From: Octopus vulgaris
Lineage: Eukaryota
Length of the DNA: 64,000 nt
Assembly (NCBI GenBank): GCA_951406725.2
Contig: OX597818.1
Coordinates: forward strand, 29,698,001 to 29,762,000
Reading direction: 5' to 3'
Position 1 is the stretch's first letter. The number at the start of each line of letters is the position of its first letter. A program made the position numbers and the translations under genes. The notes beneath the pieces were generated by a model. It searched no databases and was not told the origin of the DNA. It was given only the letters and a program-made list of their open reading frames with translations. Of this stretch, positions 52,430 to 64,000 are shown in pieces.

Positions 52430-53900
52430 TAGAAACGGGGGTTGGGGAGCAGACTTTTGGAATATTACTTTTTATTATGGTTGGGTTCCAATCCAGGCTG
52501 CAGCAACAAAGTCTACCTGCCACACTTCTTGGTCCATCATCACTGTTTCAAGGTCCTGGATACATTCCGGGCCAGTGTCTGCAATCAAGTTGTTGATGTA
52601 AGTATGACAATGAATTCCTCTGCTTACAAGACAAATTTGGGTGCTCCAGCTCAGGGTGATGCATGCAGTGATCAGATAGTCACAGCTGTCTTTGCCTGAT
52701 CTTGCTAACTTTCAGAAGGTCTCCATAAAGGCAATTCATTTGTCATATGTTGCTGCCATTTCACATTTACAGCCATTTGCAGCATCCTTGGGTAGCATCC
52801 ATTTAGCCCATTTGATAATTTCTTTGTCAGTGTCCATGTTTCACAACCATATAATAGCACTGATTCAACAGTTGCAATGACCAGCTTGATTTTGATTTGC
52901 CTGGGCAATTTGGAGTTTCAGACTTTCTTTAGTTTGTGACTGGTTGTCCATACTTGTGTCTTCCTGATCTCAATGTCTGCTTCCAAACTGCTCACCTAAC
53001 CACCTAAATACTTGAAGTCTTCAACAACATTCAATTTGGAACCATTTGATTGGTTGAACGACATGCATTCCGTTTTCTTGACATATGTGTACAGTACTGT
53101 CTTAGCAGCTTTTGAGCATGATCTATTAGATATGAGCAATTTATTAGATATGAGTTCTGTGTCATCTGTGAAGTTCAGGTCTGTGATGGTTACTGCTGGC
53201 ACTCACCATGATCTTTGTCAGTCTATGATGAAACCAAGGCCTTCATTACTGTTGTCTTTTGGATCATGCATTGCATAATTCAATACAGATATGGTACAAG
53301 TGTATCTCCTTGTAGCACCCCAGCTAGTATTTGAAAGAATCCAGAGTGTTAAGAGTTGACTAAAAGAGGTAAAAACTGCTGGGCCTGATGAAACTCCCCT
53401 TGAAGTTATCAAGAGTGGTAATCTGGATGGAATAATACTGGATTTTGCTAATAAGCTGTTGCAGAACTAAGAAAATCCAGATCAGTGGTCTGAGATCAAC
53501 TTGATACCAATCCGAAAGTCAGGAAACCTCAGCAATGAAACTAACTACAGAGGAATTGCACTGTCCAATATTTCACTCAAAGTCATCCACTGAATGATCC
53601 TCAACAGGATTTAACAGGTGCTTGATAGTCACCTGAAAGTAAATTAAAATGGATTTAGACCAGGGATATCTACATTTTAGATCTAAACCCTGAGGCGTAT
53701 TACAGGAGCTAAATCAAGACCACTACCCACCATTATAACCTTTATGGACTCTAGCAATGGGTTTGACAGCATCCATCATTACAAAGTGTTGAAGATCCTT
53801 TGAGCATATGGCATTCTAGAAATAGTTCTTGCCATTGCGAAGGCTTACGAGAAGACCAGAACTTGTGTGTTGTCATCTGATGGAGAAATGAAATTCTTTC
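52430..53900. mobile_element. RTE-like LINE remnant with 5' inversion
   Basis: The minus part carries DLNFTDD, VEDFKYLG and VESVLLYGCETWTL. The plus part (53340-53900) carries AGPDE, LIPIRKSGNLS..NYRGIAL and NGFRPG. Confidence 0.75.
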
Positions 53901-54027
53901 AGAATGGCTGCCCCATATATGTTGGAATTTCTTCACTTTTGTTCGGGTTTTCCCTTTTTTCATGCGTTGCAAAACAATGAAAGGAAGCTTTTTTAAAACC
54001 AAAGTTTTAAAAATCGATGTCTTTTAA

Positions 54028-54247
54028 CCCTTTTGTTACCGTATTTATTTTGAGATGCTCAGTGTTTCTTTCAATTACTTTAAATAAAACAAAGAATTTA
54101 GTAAAATAACTTAGTTATCATTAAGCTGGTGTTAGGAACATAAATTGTGACTAAGGTTTAGTGGAAGATTTTAATTCAGGACTTTTGAAAACAAGACATT
54201 TGTATTCAGAGCCAGAGCCGGTTTCAGCCGGGTTGGTAACGAAAGGG
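54028..54247. mobile_element. piggyBac-like MITE
   Basis: TTAA at 54024-54027 and 54248-54251; TIRs CCCTTTTGTTACC and GGTAACGAAAGGG. Confidence 0.85.
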
Positions 54248-54268
54248 TTAAATGTTTGTCTCTCATCC

Positions 54269-54323
<55 letters not shown>

Positions 54324-54759
54324 TCACACACTCACACATTCATTGTGCCTTTGGAACAACAATAACCACTAAAATGATATATCTTTCTTTTTCGTAATTT
54401 TCTGTCATTTTATCATATTCTACATTCTGAAACATTTGTAACTCATGTTAAAGAAAAAAAAATCTTACCATCTCTTCCCTCCTTCATTGTACTTTTCATA
54501 ATGAAGGAAAAGTCAAACACTGCAAGTGAATGTGTGAGAAAATAATTTGAATTTTGAAAAGTGTGTCTATAAGGCGACATTTTCTGTCATTTATTTGAAC
54601 TTCCTCTGCTAACTTGTCAAATATAATTACATGCAATGGGTTTTGAAATTTAAATTTGCTAATTTTCCAAGATTTTAATTCTTGTGTATGAGGGGGCCCA
54701 CTGAATTTGAAGTGCCCTGGGCACCCCTTTGGTTTAAATCCAATCCTGTCTTGTGTAGA

Positions 54760-55325
54760 GTGTCTAATAGGACCATTTTTCTTTGAAGTTACTGTTGCTG
54801 GTCAAGCATACCCAGACAAGCTGCACATGTCAATTTTACTTGCCATACATGCAATTTATGAAAATGGTGAATTTTTCTTTCAAAAGATGGTGCACTATCA
54901 TATTGCTGCCAAGATGTCCACACTTCCTTGGATGAGAATTTGCAAAAATACTGGACAGGACAAAGAGGGGCAACTGAGTTCCTTACATGTTCTCCTGATT
55001 TAACACTTGCAGATTTTTACTTATGGGGCACCCTAAAGGATGCTGTTCATTGCAGAAAATTGGTTACTCTGGTGACCCTTTGGAATGAAAATGAAATGGA
55101 ATGTGCAGCAGTCCCACTGGATACATTAGCTGACATTGCCCAAGCTGCAGTTCGGCACAATAATAACTGCCAAAAGCTAATGGTCACCACTTTCAGCAAC
55201 TCTTGGAATTGTAGAGGCTAAAGGTAACTTGTATTTGTCTCATAATGTCTGAATAAATTTAGTCTAAAATATTTTTCCATGTTTTTCTTTTTTTTTGAAG
55301 TCTGTATACATTTTATTGGTGGACT
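54760..55325 (+). mobile_element. Tc1/mariner (Tc3/maT-like) transposase 3' remnant
   Basis: IGPFFFE.TV....Y, FFQ, W.G.RG...SPDLT..DFYLWG.LKD.V. Confidence 0.75.
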
Positions 55326-57522
55326 GTGTGTACATGCATGTGCACATGTGTGTATGTATGTATGTGTGTGTGTATACGTGTGTATGTGTGTGTTTGTGTG
55401 TATATATACACACACACACATATATTTATGCATACATACATGTATGTATATGTGTATATATGTATGTGTGTGTATATATATATAGGCATAGAAGTGGCTG
55501 TGTGGTAAGTAGCTTGCTTACCAACCACATGGTTCTGGGTTCAGTCCCACTGTGTGGCACCTTGGGCAAGTTTCTTCTACTATAGCCTCGGGCTGACCAA
55601 GGCCTTGTGAGTGGATTTGGTAGACAGAAACTGAAAGAAGCCCGTCATATATATGTATATATATGTAAATGTATGTGTGTGTATATGTTTGTGCGTCTGT
55701 GTTTGTCCCCCCAGCTTTGCTTGACAGCCGATGGTGATGTGCTTACGTCCCTGTAACTTAGCGGTTTGGCAAAAGAGACCGATAGAATAAGTACTAGGCT
55801 TACAAAGAATAAGTCATGGGGTCAATTTGATCGACTAAAGGTGGTGCTCCAGCATAGCCACAATCAAATGACTGAAACAAGTAAAAGAGTAAAAGAGTAT
55901 ATCTTTGAATGTATATGTATGTGTGTGTATATATGTACATATGTGTGTATGAATTACACAGACACATTCATACACATAGCCACCTAATATACTATGCAGC
56001 TTCCTTGACACATGAACTTTCAGTATAAAGGCTTCATTTTGATGTGACTAATAATATTCTTTCTCCTGTTGATATCTGACTAATATATGTAGTAATTAAT
56101 ACAGGATGAGTGGGATACATTCTACTCTTACTGTTTTACCACTCGTGATCCTCTCCTCTTCCCTTCATCTTTTTTTCACTTGCATTCAGCTCTTCACTTT
56201 TTTCTCCTCTCTTGTTCATACTCTGACTTCTTTCCTCACCCACTATAGTTTCTCACTCCCCAGCCACTTATATTGTCCCAACCCCTCTTCATTCACCCAT
56301 CACAGCTCCATCTAACTGGTGGGATTGTCATCAGTGAAGAAATTTTCATTCCCCATTAGCACTGTTGCATAACTGTATGAAGGGTCTTTGGATTGGTTAA
56401 TGTTAATGTTCCTGGCAATGACATTTGTCATTTATTTTCTGTTCTTCTTTTAATGAATGACAGTAGGTATAGTAGAGTAAAAATATATATCAATGATAAG
56501 AGGGAAATTAAAATACAAAGAAAATAATTCAGAGGGTAGTATCAATGTATATGTTAGTGCCAATACTCCTAAGTTTTATTAAACACACCCTCTTTTACTT
56601 TTATCCAATCCTGCTGCTGTTCTACTTTCTTCTTACTGTTTTTCATTGTATTTTTTTAACATGTCCTCATTCTTGTCCTCTATTCCTCCTCTATTCTACT
56701 TACACAGTCTCAGCTGCTATATAATGTCTAAAGTGACATTGTCTCTAAAAAAATGTGAGGTGGCATAGGACAATTGCAAAATTCGCCATCCGGGATAAGG
56801 GTGTTAGTTAAATAACTGATATCTGTAAATTGTAAGTAACCAAAAAAAAAAATAATTAAAAAAAATTTTAATTAGGTACAGCTGTGGTGAAGGTGTGTGA
56901 GTGACCTAGTGGTTATCGTGTAGTACTTTAATTGCAAAATCGTTGTTTTGATTCCCAGATCAGGTGGTGTGTTGTGTTTTGGGGTAAAAATAATTTCACG
57001 TTGCTCTAGTCCACTCAGCTGTAAATGAGTAGCACTGTGATAGATAGGTACCCTGTTCAGGGTACCAGAGAATGTTATGCTCTCAGTCACTTATACATCA
57101 TGGAAACTGAGTAACTGGCTCTATGAGTCCTAGTAGCCAAGATGGTATCTACTTATAGCTGAGGGGTTAAAACGTTTGCTTTACAGCCATATGGTTCTGG
57201 TTTTAATACAACAGCATGCCATCTTGGACAAGTATCTTCTATCATAGCCTAGAATTAACTTAGACTTTACCAGTGGAAACTGAAACAGAAGTTCATTTTG
57301 TGTGCATGTATGTGTGTGAATGCATATATATATATATATATATATAAATTTAGAGGACTGACCACTAAAAGTGGACAGCCTATATGCTAGATATAGATGT
57401 CAAATCGCCATTTTCCACGAAGTTTTTTTATTGTGAATCTATTTATTTATCTATCTATTTATTTTTATGAATAAAAAAATTATTAAAAAATATTTTTTAA
57501 ATTGTAAAAATTATAAGTTTTA

Positions 57523-57567
<45 letters not shown>

Positions 57568-57909
57568 TATATAAAATCTGTTCTGTCTGTCTGTCTGAGT
57601 GTGTGCGTGGCTTCTAGGATCTTGGAAACCCTCCATCTGATTGCACTCAAATTTGATATGTAGATACCGACGGTATCAGGGCGTGTATAAGTCTTGAAAA
57701 AATTACAAAAATCGATTCCAGGTGAGAATGTGATCGATAAAACCGTGGGAAATCGTTTTCCTTCTTTTGCTGGTGTCTCAAATTTAGGTTAAATCAGTAT
57801 TTCTCAAAGGGAGGCCTATGGGACAGTCAGACAAGTTGTTTTAAGAAAATTTGGTTTAAATGTTTGACAACTCAGCACCTTCCATTGGATGGGGGGCATT
57901 TTGCTCGTG

Positions 57910-57940
<31 letters not shown>

Positions 57941-58009
57941 ATGTATGTGTGTGTGTGTTTTAAATGTGTACAAATGTTTTGTTTTGTTTTTTGTGAGGGA
58001 AGATGAAGC

Positions 58010-58440
58010 TCATTAGCCATGGAGAAGGCAACTCTTCTAGAAGAGTAACACTCTGACATAAACTAGGTCATGGTAATGACAGTCCCTTAACTGGCTGCAC
58101 TGTCAAAGCCATGACTGTTGATGGAGGTAGACTGAGCTCCTGTTTTGAAATGAAGCCATGATTAGGACAACCAGTATAGGAGAATAAAGCTCTGAATTCA
58201 AATTGACTTACCACTGTTGGATTGCAGTATCCTTTTGAGAAAAATCTCTTTCTGAAACAAGATTTGTAGATGAAGATCATCTTGTCGAAAGAGTGGCAGG
58301 TTTCACATTATTCTGGGTTGAGAAGCTGAAAGGCGAGAAAAGGGAAGGTGGTGTTGGATTTGCAATTAGAAGTGATTTACTAAAAGACCTAGAACAACCA
58401 CAAAGCATGAGTATACGCATAATGAAACACTGAATCCCTC
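58010..58440 (+). mobile_element. LINE APE-endonuclease remnant
   Basis: GFTLFWVEK.KGEKREGGVGFAIRSDL is typical of RTE-clade endonucleases; further decayed endonuclease pieces at 58780-59400 and 48100-48410 (-). Confidence 0.55.
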
Positions 58441-61400
58441 TGCTAACTTGGTCACCTAGGTAACGGAAGCTATCTACAACTTCTTGAGATCCCACCAGAC
58501 ATTTGAGGAAGTCTGTTCTCTCTCTCTCTCTCACTGTATGTATGTATGTCATCATCATCACTTAGTATCCATTTTCTATGCTGGCATGGGTTGAACCAGA
58601 GCTAGTAAGGCCAGTGACCACACCAGTATCAATTCTGCTGTGGCAGACTGATCTTCTTGAATACAGCAATGTGCCAGATATCTCAGTCCTTAGTCATATA
58701 TATTTATTTATACATATATATTAATATATATGTATAAATATATATTTATTTATATATATATATATTAATATATATGTATGGGATTGACAAACAGAAGGAC
58801 CATTTTTAGAAGACCCATCTGCAAACTACCACCTGACAATAAACTGCAGCTTCATTATCATGGCTGATGACTTTAACTGACATATTAGTCAATCAATAAT
58901 GGTTTCCATTATATGCACGAAAGCTATGGATATGGTACAAGAAATGAAGGTGTATGTTCTTTGATGAAATTGATCTCATGAAATTGACCAATAATCTCAT
59001 CACCTATCAGTTTGGTGAATGCACAAGTCAGACAGATTTCATTTTCACCAGGAATAGACAGAATGAGTCAAGGTTAGGCAAATTCAAAAAAATTTTAATC
59101 GACATGTTTGACTAGAGTGATAAATATTTTGATACCAATAGTAGAGATTAACCTTCTTGGGGCTACAAATCAGATGTCTTGCTGGTGCAAGGTCTCAGCC
59201 AAACCAAATGACACAGTTATGAAAGTTGAGAGACAGGCTTGTAAAACTTGGAAGCAAGATGGTAACAGAGAGCATTATCAATTAGTTAGAGTGGCAGCAA
59301 GGGAACAGAGATACTTGGCTAAGGAGACGCTGAAGAGATTTGCACATCCTGCAGTGTGAGGATCAGAGGTTTGAAGCATTCAGGATTGCAGGAATCAATT
59401 TTGATGAATCAAAGCACTAATGGATAGTGATTTAATAGCAGAAAAGGCAGTGTGTTAGAGAAAATACCTTGCGTACAATGCACTTGTGTACAATGACTTG
59501 ATTACAAGAATGGTAGAGGATAAGGCAAAATGGCTTACTCACCTATGTGTTAATAGCTGAAATGGTGGTCTGTTAAACAAAATGTTTTGCATTACTCATG
59601 CATTTATAGATGATACCTTGATTACAAAAATATTAACCAACTAGACAAAAATATATTAAATATTTATGGACTTTGGATGATGAATTACTTGCAACAATGG
59701 AAGACTGTTAGTTAAAAATATATGGTACTATGAGTCCTCTTACAGATGATAGCCTTATAATGTATTTATAACTGGTGATTTAATACAAGAATGATGGAAG
59801 ATGTATCAAAATGTCTTTAATATTAATACACTTTTGATGATGATTTACTGACAGGATCAGTGGATTTCTATACAGAATTTCTTTAAAATTATGCATGATT
59901 ATTTAATGGCCTGAACAGTAGAGAATTAGACAAAGTGTTTTGCTCTATTACTGCACTTATGACTGATGATTTACTGGGAAAAATGGAGCACTGATAAACA
60001 AAATACTTTACAGTATTAATTAGCTCATGTATATTGATTTACTGGTAGATATAATAGGCTGTTAGACACAATATCTTGCTATGTTAATGAACTTATGTAT
60101 GATTGTCTTATACCAGCAATGGTGAAAATCTACATTAAATGTCTTGCAGTATTTAGCTATATTCCTTTGGATTCTGTATTGAAACCCCTACTGGGATCAA
60201 ACCTGCTACACTCCTTGGTTAAAATAATTTCCAATTATGAACAGTTGTAAAGCAATAAACCCTTAGCTACAATATATAGCCTTGTGTCTAAGTGAGAAAC
60301 CAATATTAACACACTTGTGAAAATATTAACTTTGTCAAATAATATTGGTTTTAAATTTTAGCACAAGGCCAGAAAATTTGGGGGTGGGGTGTAAGTCAAT
60401 TGCATTGAACCCAGTGTTCAACTGGTACTTATTCAATCAACTCTGAAAGGATGAAAGACATTTGAACTCAGAATGTAAAGATGGGTGAAATGCCAGTTAG
60501 TTTTTTGCTTGGTATGCTAACAATTCTTGTCAAATCTTGTCAAATAATATTAACAACTAATTCTGAAACCTGTACATAGTTAAAGCCATTTATTACAGAT
60601 GTTAGAATTCATTCATCAAGAAAGGAAGTGAAAATTCAATTATGCAATGTTTGTTTGGGTGCATATGTTATGTATTACTTACTATGTTAGTGGTGACTAA
60701 CACATAATAAGAATTGATGGTCATTGAGAATGAAATTTAGATCAAACTTTTCAAAGAAGTTACATATAAAATTTGCATTAATATCTCACTTGCTTGAAAC
60801 CATGTTGTGCATAATTTCTTTTCAATATGCAAGGAAGGCTTTTTGTCTTGATCCTTCAAAGACATTAAAGGTAGTAAATTGGTAGAGTCATTAGAGCTTT
60901 TGATAGAATGCCTTGTGGTATTAGTTCTGAGTTTTGGCACTCTGAGTTCAAATCCTTCTAAGGTCAACTTTGTCTTTTACCTTTTAAGGTCAATAAAAAT
61001 ACTAATCCAGAGTGAACTAGTAGAACTGTAAGAATGTTGGACAGGATGGTTTGGAATATTTGTTCCAGCTCTTTGTGGTCTGAGTTCAAGTCCTACCATA
61101 TCTTCCTTGGATGGTAGCCTTAATACATTGCTCAGTTGAATACCACTCTGACATTATGGGTGTCTTTGACAGAATCTACTCTGTTGCAAGCATTTCAGGC
61201 AAGCCCTCCAGTTTGAAAATACCTTCCTCCCCCAGTATCAGCGAATGGCAATGTTTATGTCCTTTTAAAGTGACTGAGGCATTGCCAATCTTTCTATACA
61301 AAGATTAATAAAAGTAAATAGAATATATCTATAACTGACTCCTGAAAATAAGCTGTCTCATAAATGTTCTAATACAGTTTAAAAGTGTTATTAATGTATT

Positions 61401-62166
61401 TGAATTATAACTGTTCAAAATGCTCACAGACTTATAATACTTAGACTGAGCTGCAATGTGTACAAAATGATTATATTAACTTATTTTAAGAAAAAAAAAA
61501 TTTTTTCTATATTTTATACTAGTATTACACTATATGTTTTTAAAGACATATTTTTGCTTCCATTGTCACAAAAATTGAATTAAAAAGGGCTACAATCTAT
61601 TTGTGGAAAATCTGAATTTAAATTGGTGGAATGTAAAGAACTTGCCTTTTGAGATATCTGTTTGCAAAAGGCTGTCATTTAATCAGTTAAACAAAGATTA
61701 CTCTTTGGCAACATTCTCTGATGAAATGGTTTCAAAAAAAATTAAAGTTGTTAGCAACTAGCCATTTCAAAAATGGTTAATAAACTATAAATTTCTGTTA
61801 TACCATTTTGAAACCAAAATAATGTAGTACCCTATGGAAAAAACTGGGAGTGGGAGGACAGCCATGACTAGAAGATCTCTGATCATCTTTCAGCTGGGTT
61901 AGTTTGACCTGGAACTAAAAAACAACAATACAGTAATGATAGTCATCATCAAATGTTATGTCATGTTGATGATATTTTTGGTTGTTTGTCAGAAAATCTC
62001 AATCAATAGCCTTTAGTTTGATTATAGAAGAATGACTGAAATCAGCTGTTGGGAAAATGATCACACTATTTCACACCACGGAATGTTTTTTTTCTTTTTG
62101 GATCCTGCTAAATTCAAGAATTCTTGGAAGTAAAAATAAATTTTTACAATACCACATCCTCCACAC

Positions 62167-62226
62167 TTACATGATTTTGCATGTTTTTTTCTTTTTTTGA
62201 TCCTGTTCTGAATTATCAAAATGATG
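62167..62226 (-). CDS. Terminal coding exon of an unidentified CaaX protein: HHFDNSEQDQKKKKTCKIM*
   Basis: catttcag acceptor; phase 0 matches the upstream exon; ends in a polybasic tract, CKIM and TAA; AT-rich UTR-like sequence follows. Confidence 0.7.
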   Translation of the reverse strand, partial: HHFDNSEQDQKKKKTCKIM

Positions 62227-62256
62227 CTGAAATGAATTTCATGAAATTTCAGGCAT

Positions 62257-62475
62257 TTCATCATCATCATCATCATCATTGTTTAACGTCTTGCTTTCCA
62301 TGCTGGCATGGGTTGAACGGTTCAACTGGGGTCTGGGAAGCCAGAAGGCTGCACCAGGCCCAGTCTGATCTGGCAGTGTTTCTACAGCTGGATGCCCTTC
62401 CTAATGCCAACCACTCCGTGAGTGTAGTGGGTGCTTTTTACATGCCACCAGCACAGGTGCCAGGCAAGGCTGGCA
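62257..62475 (-). mobile_element. 5'-truncated RTE 3'-UTR repeat
   Basis: Matches 20560-20767; other copies at 6500, 16770, 21077, 23895 and 51250. Confidence 0.8.
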
Positions 62476-63343
62476 ATAATAATAAAAGCAAAATTTTGTC
62501 TGTCCACCTGGGATCCCTGGATCTCAGTCTACATTTGCTGTGCATAGACATATTATACCTTTTTTGAATCAGGATGATCCCAGGATTGAAAATTTGCCCT
62601 TCATTTGGTTCTTGAACAGCCAGCATTGGGATCTGATTTAAAAGCATTTGGGATGCTATTTCCAGCAGGTAAAGCTTGGCTGATTCACACCATCTTGCTG
62701 TTTGTCAGATAATGTCAAAAATCAAGGGGGAGATAAATGACATTTGCGTCATTAATTTTACATTGAGATAAGAACGTTGAACAAATTGGCCAACAGTTGG
62801 AATTCAACTTGGGACTGGAACAATAGAATGATTGCATTACAGAACTAATTCTGATCCATCCTTAACCTCTGATCAAAAACCACAGGGGCATATAGTCATT
62901 ATAGATGTATTATAGTCATGCAATTCAGCCCTCTTTAGTTTTGGGCCACAGGCCCAATTAGCTCTCCACAGGAGCTAGCTCAAAAGCCTGCACAGAGTGC
63001 AGCTCTTAAGCTAGTATATAATAATGTTAAGGCAGAACTTAGCCACATAAAAGTTAAATATCTCAAGCTTTGTTTCCAGAAGTGGCAGAAATATTGAAGC
63101 TGGTGCATATCAGCAGGAAAAAATTACTATGAAGTGAATAATACACAATACATGAACATTGGTCTTCAAAATATTTGTAGTCTTAGTGAATTGTTTTCAC
63201 TTTTTTCATCATCAGACCTTTATTATTGAAGTTTCATTGTAACTTTCAATTATCCAATTATAATAATTATATGAATCCAGGTCATAAAATTTTGGGAAAA
63301 AGTAAATGTTAAGCAAGAAGGATTTAGTGAAAAAAAAACTTAC

Positions 63344-63431
63344 ATGTTCAAAGTAAATAATACTGGATTCAAGAGAATTGTGTGAGCTTGTGTTTATTAT
63401 GTCAACCAATTTTGCTCCAATTTTCTGTATT
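63344..63431 (-). CDS. Penultimate coding exon of the same gene: IQKIGAKLVDIINTSSHNSLESSIIYFEH
   Basis: ctgttttag acceptor and GTAAGT donor, 88 nt; only one frame is open and it ends in phase 0. Confidence 0.65.
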
Positions 63432-64000
63432 CTAAAACAGATTAACATGTATTTTTGTATAATTGTTTCAAAGCAAAAAAAAAAAAAAAAATACAGAAAT
63501 TAGGTGAGGTGAAGCAAATTATACCAAAGGATGGATAGGAGTTATAATGAATCTTCATAAATAGCTTTATAAATTTTCCATTTAAACCATGGCTTTAGGT
63601 ATAGCTTCCAGGTTGAGACACCTTATGTAAATAAAGATGCAAATAACATTGTATAAAAATATGTTAACTTTCAAATATATTTAATAAAATGTATTTAAAA
63701 TGCATTGAAAAGATTTGCTAATTATAAATCACAGTTCTTTTGTTTACTACATGAAAATAATTCTTGTAAAACGTTGATAATAAAATATATTAACATGTAT
63801 AATAATGATTCTAACATAGGTACAAGGCCTATAATTTATAGTCAAGAATATTTCCTACAATTGACCTATCTTAGATCTGTGATTCTGAACCTCAGTGTTT
63901 GTATTCCTTTGGGTGCATTGGGAACTTACAAGGAATCCATAAATATCTAGGGGTGCCTAGTAAGTGTTCAGAGGGGTTATGGTTTTTCTTAGAAATTACA

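Noticed and set aside
58695-58780. AT palindrome
   Set aside because: Expected by-product of (TA)n slippage.

Overview
AT-rich, repeat-dense animal genomic DNA. The SINE/RTE-tail families and (TA)n/(CA)n tracts resemble octopus, but the species is an inference. Main content: (1) A complete six-coding-exon mitochondrial single-stranded DNA-binding protein gene (SSBP1) on the minus strand, 32577 to 11698, 153 aa, with consistent GT-AG phases. (2) The last two coding exons of a minus-strand gene at 62-63 kb ending in a polybasic CaaX motif (KKKKTCKIM*). (3) A possible terminal exon of a plus-strand gene at 347-426. Most other sequence is transposon-derived: a near-full-length dead mariner, a 1.54-kb tandem duplication carrying a Helitron Rep/helicase fragment, non-autonomous Helitrons, piggyBac- and pogo-like MITEs, RTE, R4/Dong-like and CR1-like LINE remnants, a Penelope-like GIY-YIG remnant and many SINEs. 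The most unusual signal is five type-I hammerhead-ribozyme-like motifs, one on the sense strand of an SSBP1 intron and two in a short element whose fuller copy is tRNA-headed, together with several fold-back inverted duplications. Together these suggest Penelope-dependent, retrozyme-like non-autonomous elements. Most short ORFs in the ORF track are repeat or microsatellite artefacts. All calls are by eye; no database search was run.
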